64,000 bases of DNA. Source: Bryobacterales bacterium (GTDB lineage Bacteria; Acidobacteriota; Terriglobia; Bryobacterales; UBA6623). The notes under the pieces were generated by a model. That model was given only the letters and a program-made list of their open reading frames with translations. It had not been told where the DNA came from and searched no databases. This document shows positions 28,976-38,716 of this stretch, in pieces; position 1 is the first letter of the stretch; every line of letters begins with the position of its first letter. The DNA lies in NCBI GenBank assembly GCA_965207255.1, contig OZ242276.1:2081916-2145915 (forward strand). The letters run 5' to 3'. Both the position numbers and the translations under genes were made by a program.

Positions 28976-30208
28976 ATGACGGAGTTCACTCGTCGGCACC
29001 TCCTCGGCCGAACGTCGGCCGTAGCGCTCGGATCCTGCCTGCCAGCATTCCTGGCGGCGCAACGGCGGAATCAGCAGTCCCGCGTCCGGATCACCAAGAT
29101 CGAGACCTTCCGGATCCGCATTCCACCGGAGGACGGCCAGCCGCCCGACCCGTTCCGCATTTACGCGTACCAAGTCAACCGGGTCCACACCGATTCCGGG
29201 ATCGTCGGCACCTCATTCGTTCGGGGCGACACCGAGCTCATCGAGCGCTGGGCAAAGCCCATGCTCGAGGGCGAGGATCTCTTCGCCGTCGACCGCCACC
29301 TGCAGCGGCTCCAGAGGCAGCGCGGCGAATCTGGAGCGCAGGGCTGGTCGGGCGTCGAGCATGCCATGTGGGACGCCATTGGGCGGGCGGCTGGACTGCC
29401 CGTGGCGCGACTGCTGGGTGGATCCCGCGACCGACTGAAGGTCTACCGGACGTGCGTGTTCCCGGGCAAGCCGGACCAGTCCGACGTAGCGTACGAAACC
29501 CAGGCCGAATATGCCGTCCGGCTCAAGGAAGCCGGCTACGGAGCCATGAAGGTGCGCGCCTGGCGGCCCCGTCCGATGGACGACGTAGAAATGCTGGCTG
29601 TTGCGCGCCAAGCTGTCGGCGAGGACTTCGAGATCATGTTCGACCGGACGGCGGTGCGCCCGGGATGGGTCTGGGACTACGACACAGCCCTGCAGGTGGC
29701 CCGCGGCATGGAGCGCTACAACGCCCGCTGGCTGGAAGAGCCGTTCGACGGCGACGACCTTGAGGGGCCCGCGCGCCTGGCCGCCGAGGTCGACATCCCG
29801 ATTACTGGCGGAGAACTCGGCAGGAGCATTCACCAGTTCCTAGCATTCTTGACCCATAAGACGTACGACGTGCTGCAGCCGGACACGCGCATCTGTGGCG
29901 GCATCCTGAACGCCCGGAAGATCAGTATCCTGGCCGAGGCATTCCATGTCCCTTGCATCCAGCACGGCACGAACGGCCTCGCACTGGCTGGCTACATCCA
30001 AGCTGGATGCGCAATGCCGAACTGCGACTACCAAGAGATGATCGGCCAGCCGAACTTGCCAGAAGAGCAGTGGTCGCCGGCGCTGCGGATCCTGCGCACG
30101 TCACATGTCTTCGAGATCGAGGACGGCTCCGTGATACTCCCGGATCTGCCCGGACTGGGCCTTGACATCGACGAGGAGGCGATCGAGGAGTACCGGGTCC
30201 GAGCCTGA
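28976..30208 (+). CDS. mandelate racemase / muconate lactonizing enzyme family protein with a Tat-type signal
   Basis: It begins MTEFTRRHLLGRTSAVALGSCLPAFLAA (alternative TTG at 28967). The enolase-superfamily barrel blocks are more divergent (MKVRAW...FDRTAV...WLEEPF...ITGGE...LQPD). Confidence 0.8.
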   Translation: MTEFTRRHLLGRTSAVALGSCLPAFLAAQRRNQQSRVRITKIETFRIRIPPEDGQPPDPFRIYAYQVNRVHTDSGIVGTSFVRGDTELIERWAKPMLEGEDLFAVDRHLQRLQRQRGESGAQGWSGVEHAMWDAIGRAAGLPVARLLGGSRDRLKVYRTCVFPGKPDQSDVAYETQAEYAVRLKEAGYGAMKVRAWRPRPMDDVEMLAVARQAVGEDFEIMFDRTAVRPGWVWDYDTALQVARGMERYNARWLEEPFDGDDLEGPARLAAEVDIPITGGELGRSIHQFLAFLTHKTYDVLQPDTRICGGILNARKISILAEAFHVPCIQHGTNGLALAGYIQAGCAMPNCDYQEMIGQPNLPEEQWSPALRILRTSHVFEIEDGSVILPDLPGLGLDIDEEAIEEYRVRA

Positions 30209-30512
30209 CCGGGCGGCCAAGACGGCAGAGGGAATCCGCCCTCGGATTCGTCCGTTCTACCGACGGAGCGCGGACGTGATAATGCCGTTCTTAGACACGA
30301 TGGCAAGGCATTGCCGGCCCTGACAGGCGTATTCCTTCGGTGACGCGCGAACGGCGCCTCCGGTGTTGGCGTGGTTAGTCGCCTGCGCCTAGTCACCGAG
30401 AAGCGCGATCTTCCAGTGCGGAAACGCAATCACGCGGTAGCCACCAGTACCATGTATCATATAAAGTTTCGTGTTTAGTGGTAAGGTGATGTGAACCTAG
30501 GGAGGGGTTTCC

Positions 30513-31060
30513 ATGGCACCAAGATACCGGGTCACGCTGGAGGCCGCCGAGCGGGAGGAACTGCTGGCACTGACGCGCAACGGCAAGACGTCGAGCAAAG
30601 TGTTTGTCAGCGCTCGGGCCCTGCTGTTGTGCGATCAAGGGCCGCACGGGCCGGCGTGGACGGTCGCCACGACGGCGGAGGCGTTGGGGGTGACGGCGCG
30701 CACGATCGAGCACATCAAGCGGCGCCTCGTCGAAGGGGGTCTGGAGGCAGCGCTGCGGCGCGAGCCGCGGCAGCGCAAGCCGCGGGCCGTGACGTTCGAC
30801 GGCGCGTTCGAGGCCCGCCTGATCGCGCTGGCTTGCTCGGAGGCACCCTCCGGGCGGCGCCGCTGGACGGTCCGCCTGTTGGCGGAAAAGGCCGTGGAAC
30901 TGGGCCTGGCACCTAGCGTTTCGCCGATGACCGTCCAGCGGATCTTGAGAAAATCGAACTCAGGCCTGACTTGAAGAAGTACTGGCGGATCCCGCCGCGC
31001 AGCAGCGCGGCATTCGTGGCCTGCATGGAGGACGTGCCGTCCATCTACGCCCGACCGTAG
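30513..31060 (+). mobile_element. IS630-family transposase remnant (N-terminal HTH part only, frameshifted and truncated)
   Basis: The 153-aa ORF has the IS630 OrfA-like HTH region (RYRVTLEAAEREELLALTRNGKTSSKV...RRRWTVRLLAEKAVELG...SPMTVQRILRK). In the -1 frame it continues IELRPDLKKYWRIPPRSSAAFVACMEDVPSIYARP and then hits a stop. No DDE catalytic domain follows. Confidence 0.7.
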
Positions 31061-31167
31061 AGCGTCGGGCAGATGTCCTTGCGATCACACAGGCGCTGAG
31101 CGGTCCTGAGCCAGACAACAGAGTGGCAAGTCTCGCAATCGCCAGGGCGTGCCAGACCCGATCCGGA

Positions 31168-31986
31168 CTACTTGCGACGTCGCTCCTGATCAAGCATCCA
31201 AGCGATGACTTCGGGGTCTTCGTACACACGTCTGGCGATGGCGTGTCCTACGCCCGCGTATTCCGTATAGCGCGGATTGCCAGCGCTGCCTTGGATCGCG
31301 GCGACCATTCGTTTGGCAAGAGGCGCCGTGCTGATGTGGTCCGTTTCGCCCTGAAACAGCCATACACCCATCTTGGCCAGCACAGGGGCGTCTCCGGGCA
31401 CGACCGTGGCAGAGCCGGACACCGACGCGACGGCGGCAATCCGCTCAGGATGGAGCGCGGCATATCGGATAGACCCCTCTCCACCCATCGAAGAGCCCGT
31501 GATCACCACTCTGTCCTGGTCGACCGCAAGTTCCGCGATGAGGGCATCAATCAACGAGCTAATGTGATCCTCTGCATCGGGGACCGGATCGCGCCCGTGA
31601 CGCTCAAGACGCCAGCTGGACTGCACGGGGTTCGCTGGCATGGGAGACCAGATCTTGCCCTGCGGGCACCGGGGAAAGGCTACGAGTGCCGGAAACCGCT
31701 CAGGGTGCTTGCGGACGTGCTGCACTAGGGGCTGCCTGTTGAAGCGCTCGGTGAGAGCATTCCCCTTGTTGTCGCCGTTCCCTCCTCCGCCATGAAGGAA
31801 GACGATCAGCGGCCATCTCTTCGAGTCGTCGTAGTCCGGCGGCACATATAACGCTGCCGTACGCTCCTCGGCCTCCACCGTGAATGCGAAGTTCACGAAA
31901 CCCGTGTTGGCGGATTCGTTATCAGCAGCGTGAGCGCTGGCGCCCATCAACGCCAACAACAATGGAACTGTGCATTTGCTTCTCAT
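31168..31986 (-). CDS. secreted alpha/beta hydrolase (esterase / peptidase S9-like)
   Basis: It has a signal peptide, LIVFLHGGGG, a nucleophile elbow GSSMGG and a C-terminal GVGH. Confidence 0.75.
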   Translation of the reverse strand: MRSKCTVPLLLALMGASAHAADNESANTGFVNFAFTVEAEERTAALYVPPDYDDSKRWPLIVFLHGGGGNGDNKGNALTERFNRQPLVQHVRKHPERFPALVAFPRCPQGKIWSPMPANPVQSSWRLERHGRDPVPDAEDHISSLIDALIAELAVDQDRVVITGSSMGGEGSIRYAALHPERIAAVASVSGSATVVPGDAPVLAKMGVWLFQGETDHISTAPLAKRMVAAIQGSAGNPRYTEYAGVGHAIARRVYEDPEVIAWMLDQERRRK

Positions 31987-32071
31987 GGTTGCCTCTTCAA
32001 TCGGCCTGCCAGCGTGACCCGACGCCTCAAGGCCATGTGTCCCCTCATTAAGTTCCCATCATTCTACCGCT

Positions 32072-32087
32072 AAATACGAAAATCTAG
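32072..32087. repeat. AT-rich 16-mer AAATACGAAAATCTAG, copy 2
   Basis: It is an exact match to 22967-22982. It lies in the divergent intergenic region between the esterase gene and the UxuA-like gene. Confidence 0.5.
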
Positions 32088-32173
32088 TTGATACAATTTT
32101 CTAGATGATCGCAGCGATATCGGTCAAATAATCGACCGCAGCGACGATAGGATCGATGCGAGAGGAGAGTGCC

Positions 32174-33337
32174 ATGAAGGTGACAAGGAGAGGTCTGGGG
32201 AATGCGGCGCTAGGTGGAGCCGCCATTCGACTGGCGCCCGCCGCAGCACAGCAGCTGTCCCGCTGGGATCCCTTGGTTCCAGGCACAGAAGCGCCGGAGC
32301 CAAAGGAGTGGATGGACCGACCCGATACGAAGCCCTTGCAGTTGGCACCGGCAGACCCTTTTGCGCCGGACGCCGGGATCGGAATCGGTCATCGCTTCCC
32401 CCCGCAGCCTGAGCGGGAGGTTTTCGATTTCTATCGCGCGGCGGGCATCGAGTACGGCAGTGTGCTGGCGCGCTTGGGAGAAGTCAACTACGACTGGATG
32501 GCTCGCATGAAGGAGCGGATGGAGGAACGCGGCGTCCGTTTGCTGAACGTCAACGTCGTCGGACTGCATTGCGACCCGGTCATCGTCCTAGGGCTCGGCG
32601 GAGTCGAGGAGAAGCTGGAATTGTACCGGCAGTTCCTGCGCGACGCAGGTAAAGCGGGGATACCGTACACCACTTACGGGCACATGGCAAATCTGCGGCT
32701 GCGCTACGGGGTGACGGCGCGTGTTCCGACCCGCGGGCAACGAGCGCGCCAGTTTGATGCGAATGTGGCGACAAGTTTTCCGCTCTCGCACGACCGCAGA
32801 TATTCCGAGGACGAGATCTGGAATTCATTCACGCGGTTTGCGAACGCCGTCGTTCCGGTCGCTGAAGACGCCGGAGTGCGCATCGGTCTGCACCCTGATG
32901 ATCCGCCCTTGCCCTCGCTTGGCGGCGTGGCGCGAGTGTTTCGCAACTGCGAGGGCTACAGGCGCGCGCTCGAGATCACCGACAGCCCAAATTTCGGGTA
33001 CTGCTTCTGCATAGGCACGTGGGCGGAAGGAGGCGAGAGAACGGGCAAGTCGGTGATCGAGATGATCCGCGAGTTCGCACCCCAAGGAAAGATCTTCAAG
33101 GTGCACTTCCGCAACGTGGAACAGCCGATGCCGCGGTTCACCGAGACCTTCGTCGACGACGGCTACATCGACATGATCCAAGCGCTGAGGGAGCTGAGAA
33201 AAGCAAACTTCAACGGCGTGATCGTTCCCGACCATGTTCCCGGGATGAACCCGATGGGCGACAGCAACACAGCCTACACGGTGGGCTACATGCGAGCGTT
33301 GAGGGATGTCGTCAACCGGGAGTTTGCAGAGGGATGA
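32174..33337 (+). CDS. mannonate dehydratase (UxuA)-like protein with a Tat-type signal
   Basis: It begins MKVTRRGLGNAALGGAAIRLAPAAA. UxuA-like blocks are present: VVPVAEDAGVRIGLHPDDPPLPSLGG, FKVHFRNV, IVPDHVPG. Confidence 0.75.
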   Translation: MKVTRRGLGNAALGGAAIRLAPAAAQQLSRWDPLVPGTEAPEPKEWMDRPDTKPLQLAPADPFAPDAGIGIGHRFPPQPEREVFDFYRAAGIEYGSVLARLGEVNYDWMARMKERMEERGVRLLNVNVVGLHCDPVIVLGLGGVEEKLELYRQFLRDAGKAGIPYTTYGHMANLRLRYGVTARVPTRGQRARQFDANVATSFPLSHDRRYSEDEIWNSFTRFANAVVPVAEDAGVRIGLHPDDPPLPSLGGVARVFRNCEGYRRALEITDSPNFGYCFCIGTWAEGGERTGKSVIEMIREFAPQGKIFKVHFRNVEQPMPRFTETFVDDGYIDMIQALRELRKANFNGVIVPDHVPGMNPMGDSNTAYTVGYMRALRDVVNREFAEG

Positions 33338-33611
33338 CCAAACGCTGCAGGCTGCGTCGGATCCGAGCCTGACGGCACCGCGACACTGTATCGACGTTAA
33401 GTCGCTACATGCGGGTAACTTACGGGACTCGCTGGCAAGGCCCGGAAGATATTTGTGAAGCGGCAGCGTCCCGCGATCTGCAAGATGACGGCTGGGCTGT
33501 CCATCTTCAAGTCCTCCCATAACTTGCTGGCTTTCACACTCGCTACCCTCCCCCGTCAATCGGCCGCTCCCAACTCTACGGCGCTATACTCCTGCCGTGA
33601 TCCACTCTCCA

Positions 33612-34571
33612 ATGCGACTGTTGATCGTCGGTCTCATGTCCCTAGCATGCGCCTCCGGCGCCGACTCGGATGTTGGGAGCGAACTCCAGAGGATGCTCGT
33701 CAGTCATCCGGACGCCGATGCCAACGCGGACGGCGCTCTCACCGAGGAAGAAGCCGCCAACTACATCTTCAACACGAGACAGCGCGGCCGAATGAATCGC
33801 GGGCCAGGCATTCGAAACCGCACTTTGATCGATGCTTACGAAGCGCGTTCGCATGAGTCGATGCCATACCGCCTCATGAAGCCGATTCGCATCGAACCGC
33901 GGGAACGCTACCCGTTGATAGTCAGTCTTCACGGTTCCGGCGGCGTCGGCGACGACAACTTGAGCAATCTCCGGTTCTGGAATGGCGTCATGGCGCAGCA
34001 GGAGTGGCGGCAGAAGTACCCCTGCTTCGTGTTAGTCCCGCAACGAAGGCCAGGAGGAATCTGGGGGCCGAAGCCCGATGTGCCCGGAACTCAGGATCTA
34101 TTTGTCCGCGACGACTTGACCCAAGCCTTCGAGATTATCGAGTTGCTGCGCGAGGAGTTTCCGATTGACACGGATCGCATCTACGCGCTGGGCTCGTCGG
34201 GGGGCGGCGCGGGCACGTGGAACATCGTTTTCGCTCGACCAGACATGTTTGCGGCGGCGATTCCCGTTTGCGGACGATTCAATCCCGCCTACGCGTCCAG
34301 ATTGGCCCATCTACCCATCTGGGTGTTTCATGGCGATGCCGACCCGCTCGTCTCGGTCGAGTATTCGCGCAGCGCGTTTGCCGCCCTGAGTGAGGCGGGG
34401 GGCAATATCAAATACACAGAGTTGCGGGGAATCAAGCATCCGTCATGGGTCCAAGCCTTCACCTATGTCGGCGACGACGAGTCGAAGGGATACCTGACAC
34501 GGCTTGGAAACCAGAAATCCGATCCCACCGGCGATGTCTGGGAGTGGCTCTTTGCGCGCCGGAAGCACTAG
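33612..34571 (+). CDS. secreted alpha/beta hydrolase (esterase), paralogous to 31168-31986
   Basis: It has signal peptide MRLLIVGLMSLACASG, LIVSLHGSGG, an elbow LGSSGGG and VFHGDADP. Confidence 0.75.
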   Translation: MRLLIVGLMSLACASGADSDVGSELQRMLVSHPDADANADGALTEEEAANYIFNTRQRGRMNRGPGIRNRTLIDAYEARSHESMPYRLMKPIRIEPRERYPLIVSLHGSGGVGDDNLSNLRFWNGVMAQQEWRQKYPCFVLVPQRRPGGIWGPKPDVPGTQDLFVRDDLTQAFEIIELLREEFPIDTDRIYALGSSGGGAGTWNIVFARPDMFAAAIPVCGRFNPAYASRLAHLPIWVFHGDADPLVSVEYSRSAFAALSEAGGNIKYTELRGIKHPSWVQAFTYVGDDESKGYLTRLGNQKSDPTGDVWEWLFARRKH

Positions 34572-34742
34572 CTGACGGCAAACAAGGCTACTCCTCCCAC
34601 CGGTGTCGAAGTGTGGGTCGTCGGAGTCGTCGGAGCCAAAGAATCCAGGGATACTTCCTGTTCTGCCTCATCGAATGGCTGGAATCGTTGTCGAGCGTCA
34701 ATTCGTGGAAGGGGACCCTGCTCGGCCCCCCGCTGTGGCGCT

Positions 34743-35966
34743 CTACCGAACCTCGTGATAGTCGGAACTAGCGGTCAGACCGCCACTGCGGACGTTCACG
34801 AACCACGCGGTCGCGATATCAGGCAAGTCGGCGGTCACTAGCCAGATTTCGCCGTCGCGGGAAAGCTGCGCGGCCGATTCGTTCCACTCTCGGGAGCCCG
34901 TGAAGCCCGCGTCGCTTGTCCAGACGAACGAGGCGCCATCGAGCGGCTTGGCGGCTGTGAACCGGACGCGCACGGTGCCGTCGGTGAGGTCGGACTCCGT
35001 CTTGGCGAGCCAAGGCTCGCCCGAGCTGACGACGCTGTCAGCGAAAGCGTAACTGTCAGGCGGATTCCAGCCAGCTCTGTGGCTGTGTCGCATGTTCGGA
35101 ATCAGAGAAACCATGCGCGGGCCCGGAGCGGAGCGATAGCAAGCGGCTTGGCAATCGAGGGGGAAGGCCGCGTCGCCGGGCCATGAGAGCCACAACACGG
35201 GAGTTCGCACGCGATCCATGCGCACCATGGGATCCCAGACCTCGCGATAGAGTCGATTGCTGCCGAGAGCCTCGCCCCAATGGTTGGCAGAGTCGAACAA
35301 GTGCCCGCATCCATAGGTGGCGATCGCAAACGCGAAACGCGAGTCGATGCCGATGACGGTGCTGGTGATGACACCGCCCCAGGAGATTCCCATCAAACCT
35401 ACGTTCTCGACATCGACTTGCGGCAAAGACCGCAGCAGCGAATTCGCAAGCACCGTGTCCGCCACGGCGTGGTACATCCACTGGTCGCGCAAGGGTTCGG
35501 AGGAGTCAGCGTAGATCCCGTCACGCTTTGGACCGGGCCAGGCATGTCGTTTCCATGACCGCCTGGCACTGTCCGGGACCTGCTCGGCCTCATCGGTCTG
35601 GCCCTCGACCGCAATCGAGATTGCGGCGTAGCCGCGTTCGGTCCATTTCTCGACCCATTCCCGAAAGGCCGTGCCGCCCCCTCCATGCACGAGCAAGATG
35701 GCGGGAACCTTGCCGCTGCGATTCTGCGGCAGGCCGAGCCAGGCAAAGACCCGGGTGGGTCTGTCCTTCCAGGGCAGTCCCTCGAAGTAGATCGCCTCTA
35801 CACCGCCGTCGTTGGCGAAGCCTTCCGCAGGGAACCGGGCAGGTGCTTCCGTAAGGTTGCCGAGCCCGAGCACCAGTCGCTGCTCTTCGGCGAAATCCCC
35901 CGCAGCAGCGAGCAGGGCCGCCGGGATCAGCAATGCAACCAAGAACTGGAAGGAATCGACTCTCAT
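34743..35966 (-). CDS. secreted alpha/beta hydrolase (acetyl-xylan-esterase / dienelactone-hydrolase-like)
   Basis: It starts at ATG 35966 (MRVDSFQFLVALLIPAALLAAAG; alternative 35990). It has ILLVHGGGGTAF and an elbow GISWGG. The upstream part of the 514-aa ORF is non-coding read-through. Confidence 0.7.
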   Translation of the reverse strand: MRVDSFQFLVALLIPAALLAAAGDFAEEQRLVLGLGNLTEAPARFPAEGFANDGGVEAIYFEGLPWKDRPTRVFAWLGLPQNRSGKVPAILLVHGGGGTAFREWVEKWTERGYAAISIAVEGQTDEAEQVPDSARRSWKRHAWPGPKRDGIYADSSEPLRDQWMYHAVADTVLANSLLRSLPQVDVENVGLMGISWGGVITSTVIGIDSRFAFAIATYGCGHLFDSANHWGEALGSNRLYREVWDPMVRMDRVRTPVLWLSWPGDAAFPLDCQAACYRSAPGPRMVSLIPNMRHSHRAGWNPPDSYAFADSVVSSGEPWLAKTESDLTDGTVRVRFTAAKPLDGASFVWTSDAGFTGSREWNESAAQLSRDGEIWLVTADLPDIATAWFVNVRSGGLTASSDYHEVR

Positions 35967-36024
35967 TGACCTATGCCTCGCAAGAGCCATCTCACGGCGC
36001 CCTGTTGTAGCCGATCGGTCCCGA

Positions 36025-36897
36025 TCAGTCAACTCGATGCTGCAGGCACTGATGGAATTCCTCCATTGCGAGGACGGCATCCGCGGCAAGTGTTGTTGGA
36101 TCGATCTCTGGATGCTCGATCCGCATCTGCTCGGCATAAGCCCGAGGGCCTTGCGCACTGATGACCGCGAAGTTCGCCCAGAGATCATCGAACGCAGTCT
36201 TGATCGCATCAATCTCGTCACCAAAGCGATCCAGCACAAGAGTGGCTGCGACTGAAGCGCCGCCTGCGTCGTTGTGCAGGAGAACAAATGCGATGTCGTA
36301 CCAGTCCTTTGGCTTGCGTCGCGAGAACGCTGCTGCTGCCTTGGCTAGGAGGAATCCTGCGACACCCGCGATGTTCACTTCGACCCGGTGGGTAACTCCC
36401 CCGATTCGAGCACTTAGCTGACGGGCTTCGGCGTCGCGAGACGCGAATCTTGTGCCTCGTAGGTTAAGGGCCCCAAGATTGTCGCACTCGTCAAACGCGA
36501 TCGTCACCCCTGAGCGGGTGCTGCTTAGATCGGCAAGCAGCTCGAATTTCACTACAGTCGGAACAATTGGCCCTTCGGCTCGCCAAGACCAGATCTGCCC
36601 TTTCCCCGGGACGAACTCAGCGTTACGAAGCGCTCGTTCAAGTCGGGCTGTGTTCACGGTGCCGCATGCGATCTCAAGATCAACTTGGACGTCAACGTCG
36701 GTCGTGCCTGCATGCTTGAACTCACTTTCTGCGCATAGCAGCTCAGGAACCAACCCTCCAAGGACTACGAACTCCGGCCGCTCGCCATAGTGATGGACGA
36801 TGCGGACGAGCGCCGCTTCCGCCGCGTCGCGAGCAACCCGCGACCGAAGAGGGTCGCTTCCCGGTCTCGAATCACCGCGGTCAGAATGGAATATCAT
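36025..36897 (-). CDS. nucleotidyltransferase-fold protein, AbiEii/DUF1814-like (candidate)
   Basis: The ATG at 36897 overlaps the HerA 3' end by 17 nt. It has the minimal NTase pattern FVVLGGLVPELL...HAGTTDVDVQVDLE and a later KPKDWYDIAFVL segment like AbiEii-family toxins. Confidence 0.45.
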   Translation of the reverse strand: MIFHSDRGDSRPGSDPLRSRVARDAAEAALVRIVHHYGERPEFVVLGGLVPELLCAESEFKHAGTTDVDVQVDLEIACGTVNTARLERALRNAEFVPGKGQIWSWRAEGPIVPTVVKFELLADLSSTRSGVTIAFDECDNLGALNLRGTRFASRDAEARQLSARIGGVTHRVEVNIAGVAGFLLAKAAAAFSRRKPKDWYDIAFVLLHNDAGGASVAATLVLDRFGDEIDAIKTAFDDLWANFAVISAQGPRAYAEQMRIEHPEIDPTTLAADAVLAMEEFHQCLQHRVD

Positions 36898-38716
36898 CGT
36901 CGTTGTCGAGCAGCGCGGGTCTGGCAGCATTCGGAACTGTTGCAGGCTGTGTCGGGACTGCACCCCCTGTGTTGGTCGGGGCGGGGCTGGCCCATACCGA
37001 GAAATCGGGATCGGTCGATTCCGGCACCGGTTCCGCAACTGGCGCAACTACTCGGACCGGCATCGCAACGCTGCTGCCAAAAATAACCGCCTGCTGCCTT
37101 GGAAGACCGGCAATTCGGTCAAGTTCCTGTCGATCAACCCACTCCCCAGCCGCGCTCACTACTCGGAGATCTTGTTCGGACGTCAATCGGAATACGGCCC
37201 AAGTCCCACATTGTGCAAGCACAGTGGGGGATATCTCGGCGGGACGCTGAGTGCTAACCCACATGGAGATACCGAACTTGCGACCCTCCTTAGCCAGTCT
37301 CTCGTAGGCCAACATTGACTGGGGAGCATCATCCCCCGAAACGATTTGTCTCAGATAGTGATGAGCCTCCTCCAATACCAATAAGGTCGGGTGCGTTGCT
37401 CCTTGGCCCTGTCGAAATCGCTCGAACGCAAGCAGCTCCAGTAGGGCGCCAAGGATTACTGGAAGAAGATCATGGGCGACGTTGCGGAGATTCACTATAT
37501 GGAGTTTCCACTGATCCTGAGCCCCGCCGAAGATCTGTGTGACCAGATCCGAGGACTCAGTCTGCCAATCCAGTGAGCCGCGACTAACTGGCGGACCACC
37601 ATTGACATCGACTACCGCCGTGAACAACGGGTCCTCCGAATGACGGTGAATGCGCGTTATTAGGGGAGCGACGTTTCCGTATTGAAAAGCGCTTCTCTCG
37701 GGGCCATTCCTCCCTGGCTGTAGACAGTGGCTGTCTGCAGCTAGACACGCCAAGGCTCGCATGTGGGGCCGTACTTGGGCTTGATTGGCTGGATTGGTCC
37801 TGAGATTATCAATCGCCTGCTGAGCCTCAACGCTAGCCCCGGGTCGGCAATCGTCGAATAGCACGGCCGCGTTAGCACCAGCAAGCCCGACTCCCTTGGT
37901 GTCCGGGAACCACTTCACATAGCGCAGGCTCTGTAATGCAAAATTAAGTGCCGGTCGCTGGGTTCTCTCGCTCGGAAGCAATAGTCGTCCCAGGCCATGC
38001 CTCCCGAGAGCCACATACGGAATCCGGAGGTTCGCGTTTCGACCGCCAAGGACTGAGATCTTGGTCTCACCGGGGCCACTAGCATGGGGCGAGAACGCTT
38101 GCTGGTACTCGCCATTGATGTCAAACACCACCACTCGCGCACGCTGCCGGCTGAGCATCTGCTGCACGGCCGCCGCAGTAAAGCAACTCTTCCCTTGGCC
38201 AGTCCCACCGAGAACTGCCACATGTCGGCTCAGTAGCCCCGCGAGTGAAACTTCTAACGCGCCGCCACCTCGAACATCCTCTCCTAACCGAATTGTGTCC
38301 CTTCCTTCTGAGGCTTGCTTGAGAATTGCGCCCAGCTCGTCGAGCGACAACGGAAGGGCTTCGGCTCCAAGGGCAGGTGCCAGAAGTGAGTCCGCCAAGA
38401 ACTGTGGCCCCTTAGCGTTTCGCGTGAGCGATCCCACCACCACGGCTTCGATGTGCCGCAACGGCTCTCCACTTGCCGATGTCGAGCCGACCCCGGCTCG
38501 ATGTGCTTCACGCGGCTCAGCGAACGACAAGGAGCGAACCCTCATCACTAGGAGCCTGGTTCCACCATCCACCCCAAAGAGACCCCCAACGTCCGTTACT
38601 CCGGTCACGCCCTCTCGGTGCGAAGCAATGTGGCCTTTGTGAGTGTCTCGCAAATTGAGTGTGACCCTCGACCCGTCGATAGAGACGACATAGGCAAACG
38701 GCTCGCGCCCGTTCAC
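36881..38716 (-). CDS. HerA-like (DUF87) ATPase, partner of SIR2
   Basis: The GTG start forms a GTGA overlap with the SIR2 stop. It has Walker A VLGGTGQGKS and Walker B HPTLLVLEEAHHYL. Its 611-aa size is typical for HerA of SIR2-HerA systems. Confidence 0.85.
   Translation of the reverse strand: MNGREPFAYVVSIDGSRVTLNLRDTHKGHIASHREGVTGVTDVGGLFGVDGGTRLLVMRVRSLSFAEPREAHRAGVGSTSASGEPLRHIEAVVVGSLTRNAKGPQFLADSLLAPALGAEALPLSLDELGAILKQASEGRDTIRLGEDVRGGGALEVSLAGLLSRHVAVLGGTGQGKSCFTAAAVQQMLSRQRARVVVFDINGEYQQAFSPHASGPGETKISVLGGRNANLRIPYVALGRHGLGRLLLPSERTQRPALNFALQSLRYVKWFPDTKGVGLAGANAAVLFDDCRPGASVEAQQAIDNLRTNPANQAQVRPHMRALACLAADSHCLQPGRNGPERSAFQYGNVAPLITRIHRHSEDPLFTAVVDVNGGPPVSRGSLDWQTESSDLVTQIFGGAQDQWKLHIVNLRNVAHDLLPVILGALLELLAFERFRQGQGATHPTLLVLEEAHHYLRQIVSGDDAPQSMLAYERLAKEGRKFGISMWVSTQRPAEISPTVLAQCGTWAVFRLTSEQDLRVVSAAGEWVDRQELDRIAGLPRQQAVIFGSSVAMPVRVVAPVAEPVPESTDPDFSVWASPAPTNTGGAVPTQPATVPNAARPALLDNDDDIPF

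Noticed and set aside
35900-36100. Direct repeat of the tRNA-Ala 3' end marking the distal island border (attL/attR)
   Set aside because: No match to TGGTGGACGATATGGGACTTGAACCC or its complement could be found by eye here or in 42584-43027. This needs a computed search.
36898-37047. Upstream extension of the NTase-fold ORF into herA
   Set aside because: The extension is Arg/Pro-rich and lies in an alternative frame of the HerA C-terminus. The ATG at 36897 gives a modest 17-nt overlap instead.
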